Below are positions 1 to 12,188 of a DNA stretch of 64,000 nt, piece after piece. Each line of letters starts with the position of its first letter. Position 1 is the stretch's first letter. The notes beneath the pieces are model-generated. The model made no database searches. It had not been told where the DNA came from and was given only the letters and a program-made list of their open reading frames with translations. Source of the DNA: Vitrella brassicaformis CCMP3155. Taxonomy: Eukaryota > Protista > Chromerida. Where the stretch lies: contig CDMY01000954.1 of the NCBI GenBank assembly GCA_001179505.1, positions 1 to 64,000 of the forward strand, given 5' to 3'. The position numbers and the translations under genes are program-made.

Positions 1-851
1 ACCATCCGCCACGCCCTCACCAAGAGCAAGCAGCAGCAGGACGTCGCCCACAAAACCAAGAGGGAGGCCGCCCTGCCGCACATCGACCGCCGGCGCCATT
101 GCGTCCTCTCCCGCAGCGCCGAATACAAGACGTCCGGCTGGCTGACCACCCTCCCATCGACAGACAACAACACTGGTCTTGATGCTGCGGAGTTTCGAGA
201 TGCCCTCAACATGCGATACGGCCGTCACCCCCCTAACCAGCCCCTCACCGTCGACCATGCGCTGTGCTGCAAGCGGTACGGCCTGGTGATTCGTCGCCAC
301 AACGAGCTGCGGGACACTTTTGCCGAGCTGATCGGGATGGCGTGGGGGGACGCTGGTGTGCGTCGGGAGGTGGTGTTGAAGGAGGGAGAGGAGGGAGAGG
401 GCGGGGTCAGGGCGGACATCGTCGCTCGGGGCGTGTGGGAGCGGCAGGCGGCTGCGTCGTTCGACATCTGCATCACTGATGTTGACGCACCGTCGTATGC
501 TTCCAAGAACCGATCGACCAAGTCCATCCTGAAGCAGCACGAGACCGCCAAGAAGAAGAAATACCACTCGGCCGTCTGCGACTCCCGCGTGACCTTCTGC
601 CCTCTGGTGGTGACGTGTGACGGTGTGTGGGGACACGATGCCAACGTGTTCATCGCCCACATGGCTCATGCGCTGTTGGAGAAGGAGGGGTGGAAGGGTT
701 GGGGTTCAGTCATGTGTCTGGATGGATTCGCTCTCGCTTGTCTATCGCCCTCGCGCATGCGACTAGCTACTGTCTGCGTGGGGGAGGGAGGGGAGGGTTT
801 GCGGGACTGGGGTGTGCTGATGGGGCGGGGATCCATCCCTCCTCCCCGTGA
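1..851 (+). mobile_element. 3' end of a degenerate CRE-like non-LTR retrotransposon (post-RT region plus restriction-like endonuclease domain)
   Basis: Frame 1 is open from base 1: SGWLTTLPS...EFRDALNMRYG, HALCCKRYG...RHNELRD, RADI...GVW...FDICITD...E-x-x-KKKKY, FCPLVVTCDG. The family-typical tail WIRSRLSIALAHATSYCLRG is in another frame after an apparent 2-nt (TG) insertion near 712-716 and stops at 849-851. No introns. Confidence 0.85.
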
Positions 852-1624
852 GCGTTTGACTCTGCGTGCTCATGGGACTGTATGTTTATGAGTATTACGG
901 ACACACAGACGAGTGTTACGGTTAATGCAAGTTTCCCGTCAAGAGATCAGATCTTCGTTTGGAAGCGTTTGTCGTCGGTCAGGCACGCATCAATCATGCT
1001 GTCCACGCACATAGTTTGGGACAGCAATGCATATAAGGCGTGGTGAGATGGTGTCTGTACACTTCATGTACACACAACGGAACACAACGCGAGACACGTT
1101 CACCACAGAAAACACCGTCCCCCTCTACAGTACCTCAGTGCCATGCTTAGGTCTCTTTAGGTTGTTCTGTCCATCTCCCGACGGGCACTATCGCAGGAAA
1201 GAAGCCCTTGCGCGACGTGGTCACAGGTCACGGAGCTACAACACAGAGAGATGAACAAGTCCTCTCTGTCAAGAGAATGGAGAGAATGCACACATGCACG
1301 GACCAGCTGACGGCCATCCCCGTCACATAAGATCAGCCCACCCTCGTACCAGTGGGTTGTCTAGCATGACGAGAGCGTTCCCGAAGCGGGATCAGACGAA
1401 ATCTCGGCTGCAAGACACACCTCAACTCGACCACAATGGCTCTCTTCTCCGTCTTTTCGCCTCATTTCATCTCATCTCGTCTCATCTCATCTCATCTCTC
1501 TCTATCTCTCTCTGGTAGGCAAGTGCCACGTGCTCACCATCACATTCCAGATGAACCAACAAGCATCCCGCCCGCTAGAAAACGAGAGAACACCCACACA
1601 CAGTGGTCGCCATGACAGGTCATT

Positions 1625-2342
1625 CTACGACGACCCAGCAGCAGCAGCAGCAGCAGCAGAGTGAGAAGGCTCGCCTGACGCCCCAGGTTGCTGGTCTCCC
1701 TGCCCCGGAGTGTCCATCACAGCGGTGATGATGTCGTCAAAGTCATCATTGGGCACCGGTGTCCTGCAGAAGGGGCACCTCCGCGAGAAGGGTTCGGGGT
1801 GGGGGTCATCCGGAGTCGGCACACGCGCGGGCTGATCACACAACACACGAGATGAGACTATCTGTGCAGCAGGCATCCTCTTTGTCAATGCATCCGTACT
1901 TGTCTTTGTCTCTGTAGTGCCCGCACACACGCAGAGCAGATGTCGTTGAGGCAGCAGATGGTCCGCATCCGTATCTTGTACGGGACGTTGTACGTGTCTA
2001 CACATATCGGGCACTGAGAGGGCGACAGGTCGGTCCGATCAGGGGACACTGGTGCCGGTGCACTGACACAAGCAAGACAGAGACCATTCCAACTGTGGTC
2101 GGTCATCCCCCAGGCCCCCCACGCCCACCTGTCGTCCACATCAGCAGGGGCAGCTTGCCGGGGTGCCTCCAGTGCAGCACCAGCAGGTGCTGATGGCCTC
2201 CCTCCCTCATTCACGCGCCATCGTCTTCGCCGGGGAGGAGGCGCACTGAAGAGAACACACACACCAAACAGCACAGTGAATGGCACGCCGTCGTCTGGTG
2301 TGATTGATGTGGTTGCTACCCGTCAGGTGTGTCTTGGAGCAT
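1625..2342 (-). CDS. RING-type zinc finger protein (probable E3 ubiquitin ligase), 4 exons
   Basis: CPIC-x16-CCLNDICSAC and CPFCRTP halves are joined in frame by a GT-AG intron at 1832-1899 (RQRQ|PARVP). The upstream exons splice in phase, putative start ATG at 2342 (MLQDTPDG|APPP). Stop TAG 1625-1627. The start exon is the least certain part. Confidence 0.75.
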
Positions 2343-2426
2343 CTCTCATTGTCGAGAAAGTGATAGCGTCGTCCCGCACCATGAACTGTGCCTTTGCCCT
2401 TTCGGAAATCCAGGAGGGAGATCGAC

Positions 2427-2437
2427 TGCGAGCTGAG
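2427..2437 (+). promoter_or_regulatory. TGCGAGCTNAG motif in the RING/EamA divergent intergenic region
   Basis: TGCGAGCTGAG; the same motif recurs in four other promoter regions. Function inferred from position only. Confidence 0.5.
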
Positions 2438-2508
2438 GTTGGAAAGGAAGGGAGGAAGGAAGGAAGGAGATCTGCGTGTGGATAAGAGGCTGAGCTACAG
2501 CGGTGAAC

Positions 2509-4175
2509 ATGCAGAAGAGCACCGAGTCGAGTCTGCTGTCCGAGCCAGCAGATCTGGCAACAGGCAGCACAGGCCCTCCATCGACGCAGCTGGTGGCCTC
2601 GGTGGAGGAAGATACCGACATCCGTGCCTTCCTGAGTGACGACAATGCAGTCATCCAGTTTGACCAGCTGGCGGATCCCCTCCTCAATGGCCACCATGCG
2701 CACCCCAAGACAAAGAAGGAACGAAGGCGCCAGCGTTACCGTGCGCTCGAGGGAGCATTGCTGTGTACAGGTACTGCGCGCAGACAGACTTTCCAGCACA
2801 CACGAAGGTTGGGTGTTTATTATCTGTGCGTGTGGCTGTGTTACACCCACCCAGCGAGTACCGCCTGTTTCGCGGGTTCAAGTCTGTTCGTCAAGATCGA
2901 GGCTGAGAAGGGCTTCGGTGCGGCAGAGCTGCTCTTCGTTCGATGCCTCTTGCAGGTCAGACAAACCCAACCACTTTCCATGGGCACTGCCGTGCACCAG
3001 GTGACTGTCGGTCGGTCCGTCGGGTGTGGTGTGTGTCTGTGCGCGCGTGTGTGTGCGAGCAGTTTGCCTTTACAGGTTCGTCGTGTTACTTTCTCCGTGT
3101 GGGTTTCTGTCCGGCGGGCACGTCCAGGGCCGTCAAGTGGGGCGTGCTGGCCAGGGGTCTGGTCGACTGCGTCGGTCTGGCACTGTTCTACTTCGGCATC
3201 ACACAACTGCAACTCGCATATGCAACAGGTACCAGATGGATGGATGGATGACCCACGTCTGGCTGTGATGCCTTGACGCATCCGTGTGTTTGTGTATCTG
3301 TGTGCACTGCAGTGCTCTTCTTCACGGCGCCAGTGTGGGCGGGTCTGATCGGCAAGTTCTGGCTAAATGAGCCCTACGGCCTGATCGACTTCATCGGATC
3401 TCTCGGCTCCATCATCGGCGTCCTCATGGCGTCCTGGGGCAGTCTGCACTTCGATCGCGTGACGCCCATACAGCTTCTGAGCGCTGCGCTGGTGCTGCTG
3501 GGCGCTGTGTTCCAGGGCGCCACCTGCTGCATCATACGCAAAGTCGGATCGGACGCCCACTTCATGTAAGCCAAGGAGAGAGAGAGAGAGGGAGAGAGAG
3601 AGGAGAGCATGTGCATTGGTGCATCTGGTATTGTGTTGTGGTCTATCGGTTATGCAGGCAGATGGTGAACAGTTTCTCTCTGTCCGGTCTCCTCTTGTCG
3701 CCCTTCCTGACCATACTGCCGGGCCAGGGGTGGGTCAACCCGGCAACCCAGGGATGGGACTGCTGGCTCAACCTGTTCCTCATCGCAGCGTTTGCCACCG
3801 CAGCGGGCATACTCGTCAACATCGGCGCACAGCTGGTCAAGGCATCTGTGGCGGTCGTATGCCGTTCGCTGGACGTTGTTTTCGCCCTCATTCTACAGGT
3901 TAGCGAGTTAGGCAGGCAGGCAGGCAGGCAACGATTGGCAGATCTGCCGGCATGTGGCTCGCGCGTTGCAGGTGATATTTCTACATGTGGTGCCTGACAC
4001 AGTGGCGATTGTTGGATGCTGTGTGCTGTTCCTGTCGGTCGCGGTGAGCGCTATCAAGGCGCACCATGACGTGCTGAGGCGAGGGAGCATTGTATCCATC
4101 CTGCACTCGCCGAGCGTCATCTCTGCGTGTCCGAGCACATTCGGATCGGCTTTCACCACACCCAGGGCAACATGA
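2509..4175 (+). CDS. DMT-superfamily EamA/SLC35G-like transporter, multi-exon
   Basis: About 10 hydrophobic segments with family-like motifs: FAGSSLFVK, ELLFVRCLLQ, VLARGLVDCVGLALFYFGITQLQLAYAT, LFFTAPVWAGLIGKFWLNEP, AQLVKASVAVVCRSLDVVFALILQ. Microsatellite introns lie between exons. Stop 4173-4175. Confidence 0.88.
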
Positions 4176-4796
4176 CCTACCTAGTGACACATTGACTGAC
4201 TTTATCGGTCTTTTTCCATTCATGCAATCAAATGCACTATGATGAGAGATCTGTTTCTGGATATACATTCAATTCAGGTCTGATGCCTCCTGCACGCTGC
4301 CTCGTGTGGCTGATGAGACGTGCGCGTGTGTGAATGTGTGTGTGTGTGTGTAGGAAAGAGAATGAGCATGACTGAGGTGAGGCGTCTGTTTTTCGTCTCG
4401 TGAGCCTCCTGTGTGTGCCAATTACATCGACCATACCAACACATCACATCCGACTGTGCGTGTGCACATGTCCTACATTTCGTGTTATTCGTGTTGTACG
4501 TTTTGGACCTGCCTGTGCGTCTGTGCGTGTGATGTTTTACCGAACGTTTTGCTGCCTCTCTCTCGTGCCTGCCTGCCTGCCTGCCTACGTGTATGTCGGA
4601 CTGACGCATGCGATGCATGACACAGAGAGGAAGCTGCCATGTAATCGATGTGTCATCGGCCAGACTCATGCCATCAACCATTTATTTCGAGTCGGTCTCT
4701 CCAACATCCACCCTCCCAGACCCATGCGAATTGCATCGTCTCAATGCAATCAATCAGCAACCACACCAACGACAGGCAAACGGGCAAACATGCCGG

Positions 4797-5536
4797 CTAG
4801 TAGAACCCCCCTCCGCTTCTCTTCTCTTTCTCCAAATCTCGATTGGCCTTGTTGATGGCGAAATACAAGAGAAAAGCCGATGCCGGGAGCGAAGAAAGCA
4901 TCACGGCCCAGGTGCCGCCGACGCCAAGTACCGGGCCGGCCGTGCGGAACTTCTCCGGGTAGAAGAGCTCGTATAAGCAGCCGATGAAGGCGATGGACGT
5001 GATGACGCATGTGAGGAGAGCCACGGGGACGGGGAGAGGGAAGTCCAGCCATGACTTGTCGTCTTGTGCGCTATTCTGGGCTTGGTCCTGCTGCGTCCTC
5101 TGGAACACTGCCAATACACACACACAGATGAATGATTGCCTTGCTGCTGAAAAGACCCCTTCGCGGCCCTCCGTCCCTCCCTCCCTCTGTTGCTTGATGT
5201 CTTACTGGCAATGTTTTCCTGCATGGCTCTGTTCTCAATCTCCTTGGCGGACAGGCCATCGACGTCCCTCGCCTTCCGAAGCATCTCAACAGTGGACGGC
5301 TCCTCATCGCCGCCCTTGGCAGAATCTGAAGAAGACGCCTTCTCGGCCGTGTCCACAGCTGATGCTGGCTTGTCAGAGCTGCTGGATTCAGACATGAGGG
5401 CAGTCCGCCATCGTGAGAGAGTAAGATGCCTGCTGCTGCCGGTCCGTACGAGGGCTGCTGGTGAGAAAGAAGGCGTGAATGCAGCAATGGACTCGCAGAT
5501 CAGAGCCACCAGCACACCGGCATAACACAGCTTCAT
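4797..5536 (-). CDS. Hypothetical plastid-targeted protein with two C-terminal TM helices, 2 exons
   Basis: Signal peptide MKLCYAGVLVALICESIAA|FTPS followed by a Ser/Arg-rich transit-like stretch. Intron 5108-5205 (phase 1) joins to MFQRTQQD. Hydrophobic segments PVPVALLTCVITSIAFIGCLY and GVGGTWAVMLSSLPASAFLLYFAI. Confidence 0.75.
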
Positions 5537-5625
5537 TAGCAGACCACTTCACTTTGTGAAATGGGTCAAAAGGCTTGCAGCAGGCTCGTTCGCGTCGAGG
5601 AGGGAAGGGAGAGGCCGCCAGCGTC

Positions 5626-5636
5626 TGCGAGCTTAG
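5626..5636 (+). promoter_or_regulatory. TGCGAGCTNAG motif in the plastid-protein/dadA divergent intergenic region
   Basis: TGCGAGCTTAG. Confidence 0.5.
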
Positions 5637-5700
5637 CTTTTGCAGGTTTTTTTGAACCCTTCGGCGAGTTGGGACGGAAGCGGCTTCCAAGTTCGGCGTC

Positions 5701-7583
5701 ATGTGGTCCAAGCTGTGCACGTCGGCTGCTTTTGGCGGTACTTGCGCGGCAGCTACCTTCTACCTCTCCTCATCTCGCCATCAGCCGGCCCGTTCGCAGA
5801 GCGCAGCAAGGGACGCAATCGCCAGGCGCCAGGCAATCATCGTTGGCGGAGGCGTGGTGGGCATATCGACGGCCTATCAGCTGTCCAAGAGGGGCTTTGA
5901 CGTGTCGGTGATCGAGGCGGCGCCATTGCTCACGGCAGCTGATGGATCTGCCAGTGCTGTGTCGGCAGGAGGCATGCAGCGCGTGAACGTCATCATGGGA
6001 CCAAAGGAATGGGCCAAGACTGTGCAGATGTTCATCAAAAGCGGCATCACTGACCGCCTGGCAGCGGCCCCGACACAGATACGGCACTACTTTGCTGGTG
6101 CTCAAGGAAGGGAGGAGACTGCCCGCAAGGAGAAGGAGGCCTTTGAGAAGGCTCTGGTGGACCCAGCGGCCAACTTGAAGCGTCTGCAGGAGCCCTTCAA
6201 CTTCTTTCGGCTGCGTTCACGCGCTCTGTGGGACCCTCACTTCTACTGGTGGCTGACGCAGTTCACGGCCACAAGCTTCCTGCCCTTGGAGAGGCTCAAG
6301 ACGCGCCAGAAGGACATGCTCAGCTTCACCGAGTGGGCCATCGACCTCACCTCACACGCCATCCACAAGGAGCACCTGAACGTCGGCCACGCGAGCACCG
6401 GCGCTGCGTTCGTCATCTACACGCCAGACGAGCTCGAGAAGGCCCGCCAGGAGGTGGCGGCGCATCCGCAGGGATTCGCCAAGGCGTCCAAGGAGCCGCG
6501 GACCGTCATGGAGCTCAACAAGGTGGCCAGTAGGGAGCCATGCCTGCGACAGATGGTCTTCGAGCCGGCGGGGGCGCTCGTCGAGACCGAGTCGCGCATG
6601 GGCGACAGCCGAAGGTTCACTCAGCAGCTGGGCCAGGTGTGCGTGGAGAAGATGGGCAGGGACGCCAGCCACGCAGGCGGCAAAGTGACTGTCAAGACCG
6701 ACACACGGGTGAGTGAGCAGTGGCACGTAGACTACTGTCAGTGCACAAGTCACATGTCACACGATCGCTGCTCATTCTGTGCGTCATCCATTCGTTGTCT
6801 GTGATGCTTGTCCGTTTTTTGTAGGTGATGGGCTTTGTCACGTCAGGGAGTGTGTGGAACGGCAATCTGGAGGTCAAGACGATCAAGACCAACGAGGGCG
6901 ACATCGATGTCGACGAGCATACACCCGTCGTCATCGCTGCCGGCGGCTGGACGGCCCGCCTCTTCGCCAAGCTTGGCCTGTACGCGCCCGTGTACCCGAT
7001 GAAGGGCTACAGCCTGATCATCGACCTGCCGCCGAAGGAGTCGCCAGCGCGGCCGCCCGAGTCGGCTTTGCCTCAGGGCATCGTCATCAGCCCCGACAAG
7101 GTCCTCTACTTCTCCCGTCTGGGCGACCAGCTGCGCATCGCCAGCATGGGAGAGTTTGCCGGCTGGAACTCCAGGCCCGACAGGCAGGTGGTGCACGCAC
7201 TCAAGGAGCGGGCCGTGCTCTTCTTCCCAAAGCTGCGCAAACTCGTGGACGAGGCACACTGTCGGACGGGCTTCAGGCCATTCGTGTCGGATGGCGTGAT
7301 TTTGACGGGCCATGTGCCGTCGACGCGCAATGTGTATGTGAATGTGGGTCCGGGCTTCAACGGGTGGAAGACGTGCATCGGGGCGGGAGAGCTCATCGCA
7401 CGGGAGGCAGACAGGAGGACGGGCGGAGGCAAGCCAGAGGGAGAGGGTCAAGGCAAGGAGGAGCCAGCTCTGTCGTTTGACCCCGCATCTTTTTCGCCGG
7501 TGGGTCGGGTGGTGCCCTCCTTCTGCCTGGCGCCCATAGCGTCATATCTGTGGTCGTTCGACAAAAAAGACACCCTGATGTAG
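5701..7583 (+). CDS. dadA: D-amino acid dehydrogenase-like FAD-dependent oxidoreductase (DAO family), 2 exons
   Basis: Rossmann motif IIVGGGVVGISTAYQLSKRGFDVSVIE. DadA-like motifs YPMKGYSL, RLGDQLRIASMGEFAG, TGFRPFVSDG, NVYVNVGPGFNGW. One intron at about 6710-6825. N-terminal extension resembles an organellar leader. Confidence 0.85.
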
Positions 7584-7955
7584 CACGTCAAGTTTGTGTG
7601 AATGATGTGATGTGTCACTATCGTGAGGCCGCCGTGTGGGTGAGCAAGTGGTCATTGACATGAGCAGTGAAGTGATGCGTGTGACGTGCCATGCATTGCG
7701 TGAATGTGCTGTAACAGCTATTTATTCGTCTCTCTCTGTTTGTGTGAGGACATGCATATGCATCATGTGTCTGCGTTGGCGTGAACACTCACTTGGTGGC
7801 GTTGTATCGAAGCAAACGCTTGGACGCGATCGGATACATTTTCACATTTACGCTTTGGCTCGCTTCTTCGCTTGCTTTTCTCATTCCGTGTTTGAAAAAC
7901 GCTTTTCTCTGAGTCTCTCTCACTTGCTCTTCTTTGAGGACAGTCACAAGCGGCG

Positions 7956-9739
7956 ATGATGACTCGCGTGCGGCGTGTTTGGCTCATCACTCTGCTGGCG
8001 GTGCTTGTCACTAGTGCGGCTGCCCAAGAGGCCGAGGAGGAGGGACGTGAGTGGTGAGTCAACTAAGCTCAACACTCACTCAGTCAGTCACTCACACACT
8101 CTTTCACCACACAGGTGTGAGGCTTCGGCTGAGGAGGGTTCACCTGGCTGGGGCTTCTGCGCGTCTGACGGTGGCAATCCCGTGACCATCGAGGTCAAGG
8201 CGGTGAGTGGCCCGAACCTCGACCCTTCCAGTGACGTGTTCGTCAAGCTCGTTGGCACCGAAGGAACAACACAAGACATCCGAATCGCAAGTAAGAATGA
8301 CACACACAATGACAGTCTTTCACTCGGCCGCTCACTGTCTGCCTGTGTGATGGATGTGTGTCAAGGTGAGGAGGGCGGCACCAAGCGTCGGGTGCAGACG
8401 AGTGCGGCTGATGTTGGGCCGCTGGAGGCGGTGATTGTGCGGAGCGACAGCAAAGACAAGGCGGCTCACTGGAGGTGCAAGACCATCACCGTCTTCAGCT
8501 ACTACCGATGGTACCAGTTCGGCTGCACCGACGAACTCTCCGCCGCATCACCATCAGCCGTACGTAACTCATCCCTGCTGTGGCTCTGTCATGGCCATGC
8601 GCACCATATTTGTATGTGTGTTGTGGTCAGGAGTACACGTTGAGTGGGAGTGAGCCCTATGAGGTCACCATCGAAACGGGCGGAGACGACAAAGGTCAGC
8701 CACACACACACAACACAACACAACACATGAGGGAATGAGTGCACTTCCCTCTCTGTCTCTCTCTCTCTCTGTGTGTGCAGCGGGTACCCAGGGCAGCATC
8801 GAGCTGAGCATCATCGGCCAGGGTCGGTCTACCGGCAGCAAGCACCTCAAGACGGGCCTCTTCCCCGGCACGTCTGCTCACGTGCGCATCCGGGCGGCCA
8901 GTGTGGGCAAGATCAAGGCCATCCGCCTCACCAACACGGCAGCAGACGACCCCTGCTTCTGCGACAGTCTCAAGCTCAAGCGCCAGGACGGCAGTGCCGT
9001 GAGCTTCCGCGTGCGGCGATGGATCGGCACACCGTACCCGACGACGGCAGAGGTGGGGCTGGGCGAGGAGGCCGGCGGCGAGCTGCCGCTGATGCACATC
9101 AGCTGCCGGACTCGACTCAACGACCCCATCCTCATCGGTGCCACGAGCAGCACAGAGGGCCCCAACATGATCAAAGTAACCACACCTGCCCGACACACAC
9201 ACACAGATGGATCTCTCTGTGTGTGTCATGCATGTGTTGTGTCTGTCGGTCAGGTTTTGTGTCCGTCCAACTGTCAGGCCGACGAGGCGCAGTTTGTGAT
9301 GGGCTCGGGCGTCCATCCGGCCTCCTCGTCCATCTGCGGTGCGGCCCTCCACGACGGCGTTATGTCGCCCAGCGGAGCCACTCTCATCGTCACGGTCGTC
9401 AAGGACGGCCTCCCAGCATACTACAAGACCGACAACCCCGCCAGCGGCATACTCGCTGAAGAGGTCAGCTGACCAACCACCTCACTCACACACACACATC
9501 CGCCGTGGATGGATGGATGGATGTGTGTTGTTATGTGTGTATGTCTGTCAGTATGTGCCAGGTGCGGGTCAGCAGGAGAGCAGTCCCGAGGCCTTCTATG
9601 TGTACCGCGCCGACAGCATCGATGACATCGACAAGGACGTCCGAGTCGTCGACGCTGACGGACAACTCTCTGCTGTCGGGCGCCTTGAGGTTAGCACCCA
9701 CACCAACCACACGCAGCCGCAGACAATACCTGACTCTGT

Positions 9740-9770
<31 letters not shown>

Positions 9771-12156
9771 CAGGTCCGTCGTGACGGTGTGTGGGGTTCT
9801 GTCTGCGGAGTCGGGACGCTGGGCGAGTTCACGGAGGCGAGTGCCCGGAAGGCGTGTCGGGAGATGGGCTACACACACGGCCTGCTGCCGCCCCGTGGCT
9901 GTCATGACGTCGAAGGGGAGTACTACTGCGCCGAGGCCGGCTATCCCGTGGCCATGGGCGGCATCCACTGCAAGGGCGACGAGGAGAGCTTCCTCAAGTG
10001 CACCTTCGACGACAAGCCCGTCGACCGCTGCGCCAACCACATCTTTGACGTGGCCGTCATGTGCACCAACAACCCGCCCGCCAAGACACCCGCCAAGGGC
10101 ACGCTGCGCATCCTCTCCGCAGCCGGCGCCCCCGCCTGCGAGGGACGACTGGAGGTGAGAGAGCTAGTGAGGTCCTGTCGTGGGTGACATCACACACACA
10201 CATTCATGATATGTCACCCATCTCCATGTGTGTGCGTGTGTGTGTAGGTGTATCTGCCGAGCCGGGACCCGTCCAAGCGGTGGTCGACAGTGTGCGACGA
10301 CAACTGGACGGCCGCGAGTGAGCGCATCGCCTGCATCCAGATGGGCTATGCGGGGGCAGCCAGGGGCGGCGCACACAAAGAAAGCTGCACCGACTACAAA
10401 GGAGTGAACGTCTGCGGACCCGCCAGCACGAGGTCAATACACCACTCACCGACACACAGACAGATGTGTGTGTGTGTGTGTGTGGCATCTGTGTGTGTGT
10501 GGGTTCAGGATTGGTCTGACGAACGTCCTCTGCGACGGCAGCGAATCACAACTCCTCCAATGCCCATACGTAATTACGTGGACATCACACACACACAAGA
10601 CGACACAACACAAGACATGACGACACGAATGCATTCATTTGTGTCTGTCCATCGGTCCATTGATCTGTCAGACGACGGGCAGCGACATCTACTGCTCCCA
10701 CGACGAAGACGTTGTCGTGTCGTGTGAGGGCGACAACGGCGATCCCTCGGGCAGCGGACTGCACCAGAAAGACCCCCCGCCCACATTCGTCCACTACTCC
10801 TTCCCCCCCAAGACAAAACTCACTTGCTCCGACACCATCGCCAGCAAGGTAAGTACACACACACGCAGAGAGAGAGAGAGGGAGTGCATGTGATATGTGA
10901 TTATGTGTGTGTGTTGATGCAGCTTGGCGGCGGTGGGTTGGTGGGCACCACAGTGGTGGCGACGTGTGAGGGTGGGTGCAGTGATGCAGGGGGCCAAGTG
11001 GTGGGGACGCTCATCTACAGCGAGGCCTCCCCTGTCTGCAAGGCTGCCGTCCATGCTGGCGTCATTGGCGACGGCGGCGGCGACGTTACCGTCACCCTCA
11101 CGCATCCCATCAAGCACTACACCGGTCAGTCAGTCTGCCTCACACACACCACCCAAACCACACACTCGTGGACTGTGTGTGTGGATGTGTGTCGTGGATG
11201 CAGGCACTAAGCGAGGCGACATCACTTCTGTGTCGGCCGACGTCGACGGCAGCAAGAGCTTTGTCGTCTCACGCCCGACGCCGAACGTGCTGGCTCGCCT
11301 TGCCGAGCCCAAGCAGCCGCACTATGCCGGCGTGGGCGTCCCCCCTCCCACCACAAGCACAGCCACGATGGCCACGTCCTTCATGGAGGTCAGTGCCACG
11401 TCTGCCGCTGCACCCACCGCTCTGCCGCACCCGCCCGTCTTCTCGTGGTACGCGCCCGTCGGCTGGCACGGATTCAATGGCGACAACTGGATCGACGCCA
11501 GCGAGCTGCCGGGTAGGTACCCTCACCCCGACACAACACACACAGCCAACGACACTCCACTGCCTCATGTGTGTGTGTGTGTGTGTTTGCGTCAGGTGCT
11601 GACAAGGTGCGTGGGCTGACGAGCTTCTCGGTTTCGTGCCGTGTGCGTGTATCGGGCGGCGAGCACACACACCGAGCGATCCTGAGCCACAGCCAGTGCA
11701 ACGGCTTCAGCTTGAGTGTGGGTGAGAACGACGAGCTGGTGTTCGACCAGATCTGCAGCCCATCGCCCGGCGTGACGTCGGGCAGCCGCGTCACAAAGGA
11801 CCAGTGGGTCCACATGGCCGTCACCTACTTCCAACCAGGTCAACCACAATCCACACACACACACACACACACTCACACACACACGTGTCTGTGTGTCCAT
11901 GTGGTTAACTAACCATGCAGAGAAGTATGTGGCCATGTACGTCAACGGCCGTCGAGTGGCGGCCAAGGCCACCGACTTCGACTTCGAGCTGACCACCCGG
12001 CTGGCCATCGGCCGCCTGAGCGATTCGGACAGCGAGTACTTCAGTGGCGACATCACGGCCGTCCACATATACGACTATGTCCTCTCACAAGACGACGTCA
12101 ACAAGGTGACTGACTGACCACACGTGGGAGCGCATCAGCCACATCACATCACACAT

Positions 12157-12188
<32 letters not shown>

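Noticed and set aside
900-1620. Short ORFs 1027-1254 and 1294-1518
   Set aside because: No domain signal, low-complexity (CATCT)n content; most likely UTR or intergenic sequence.
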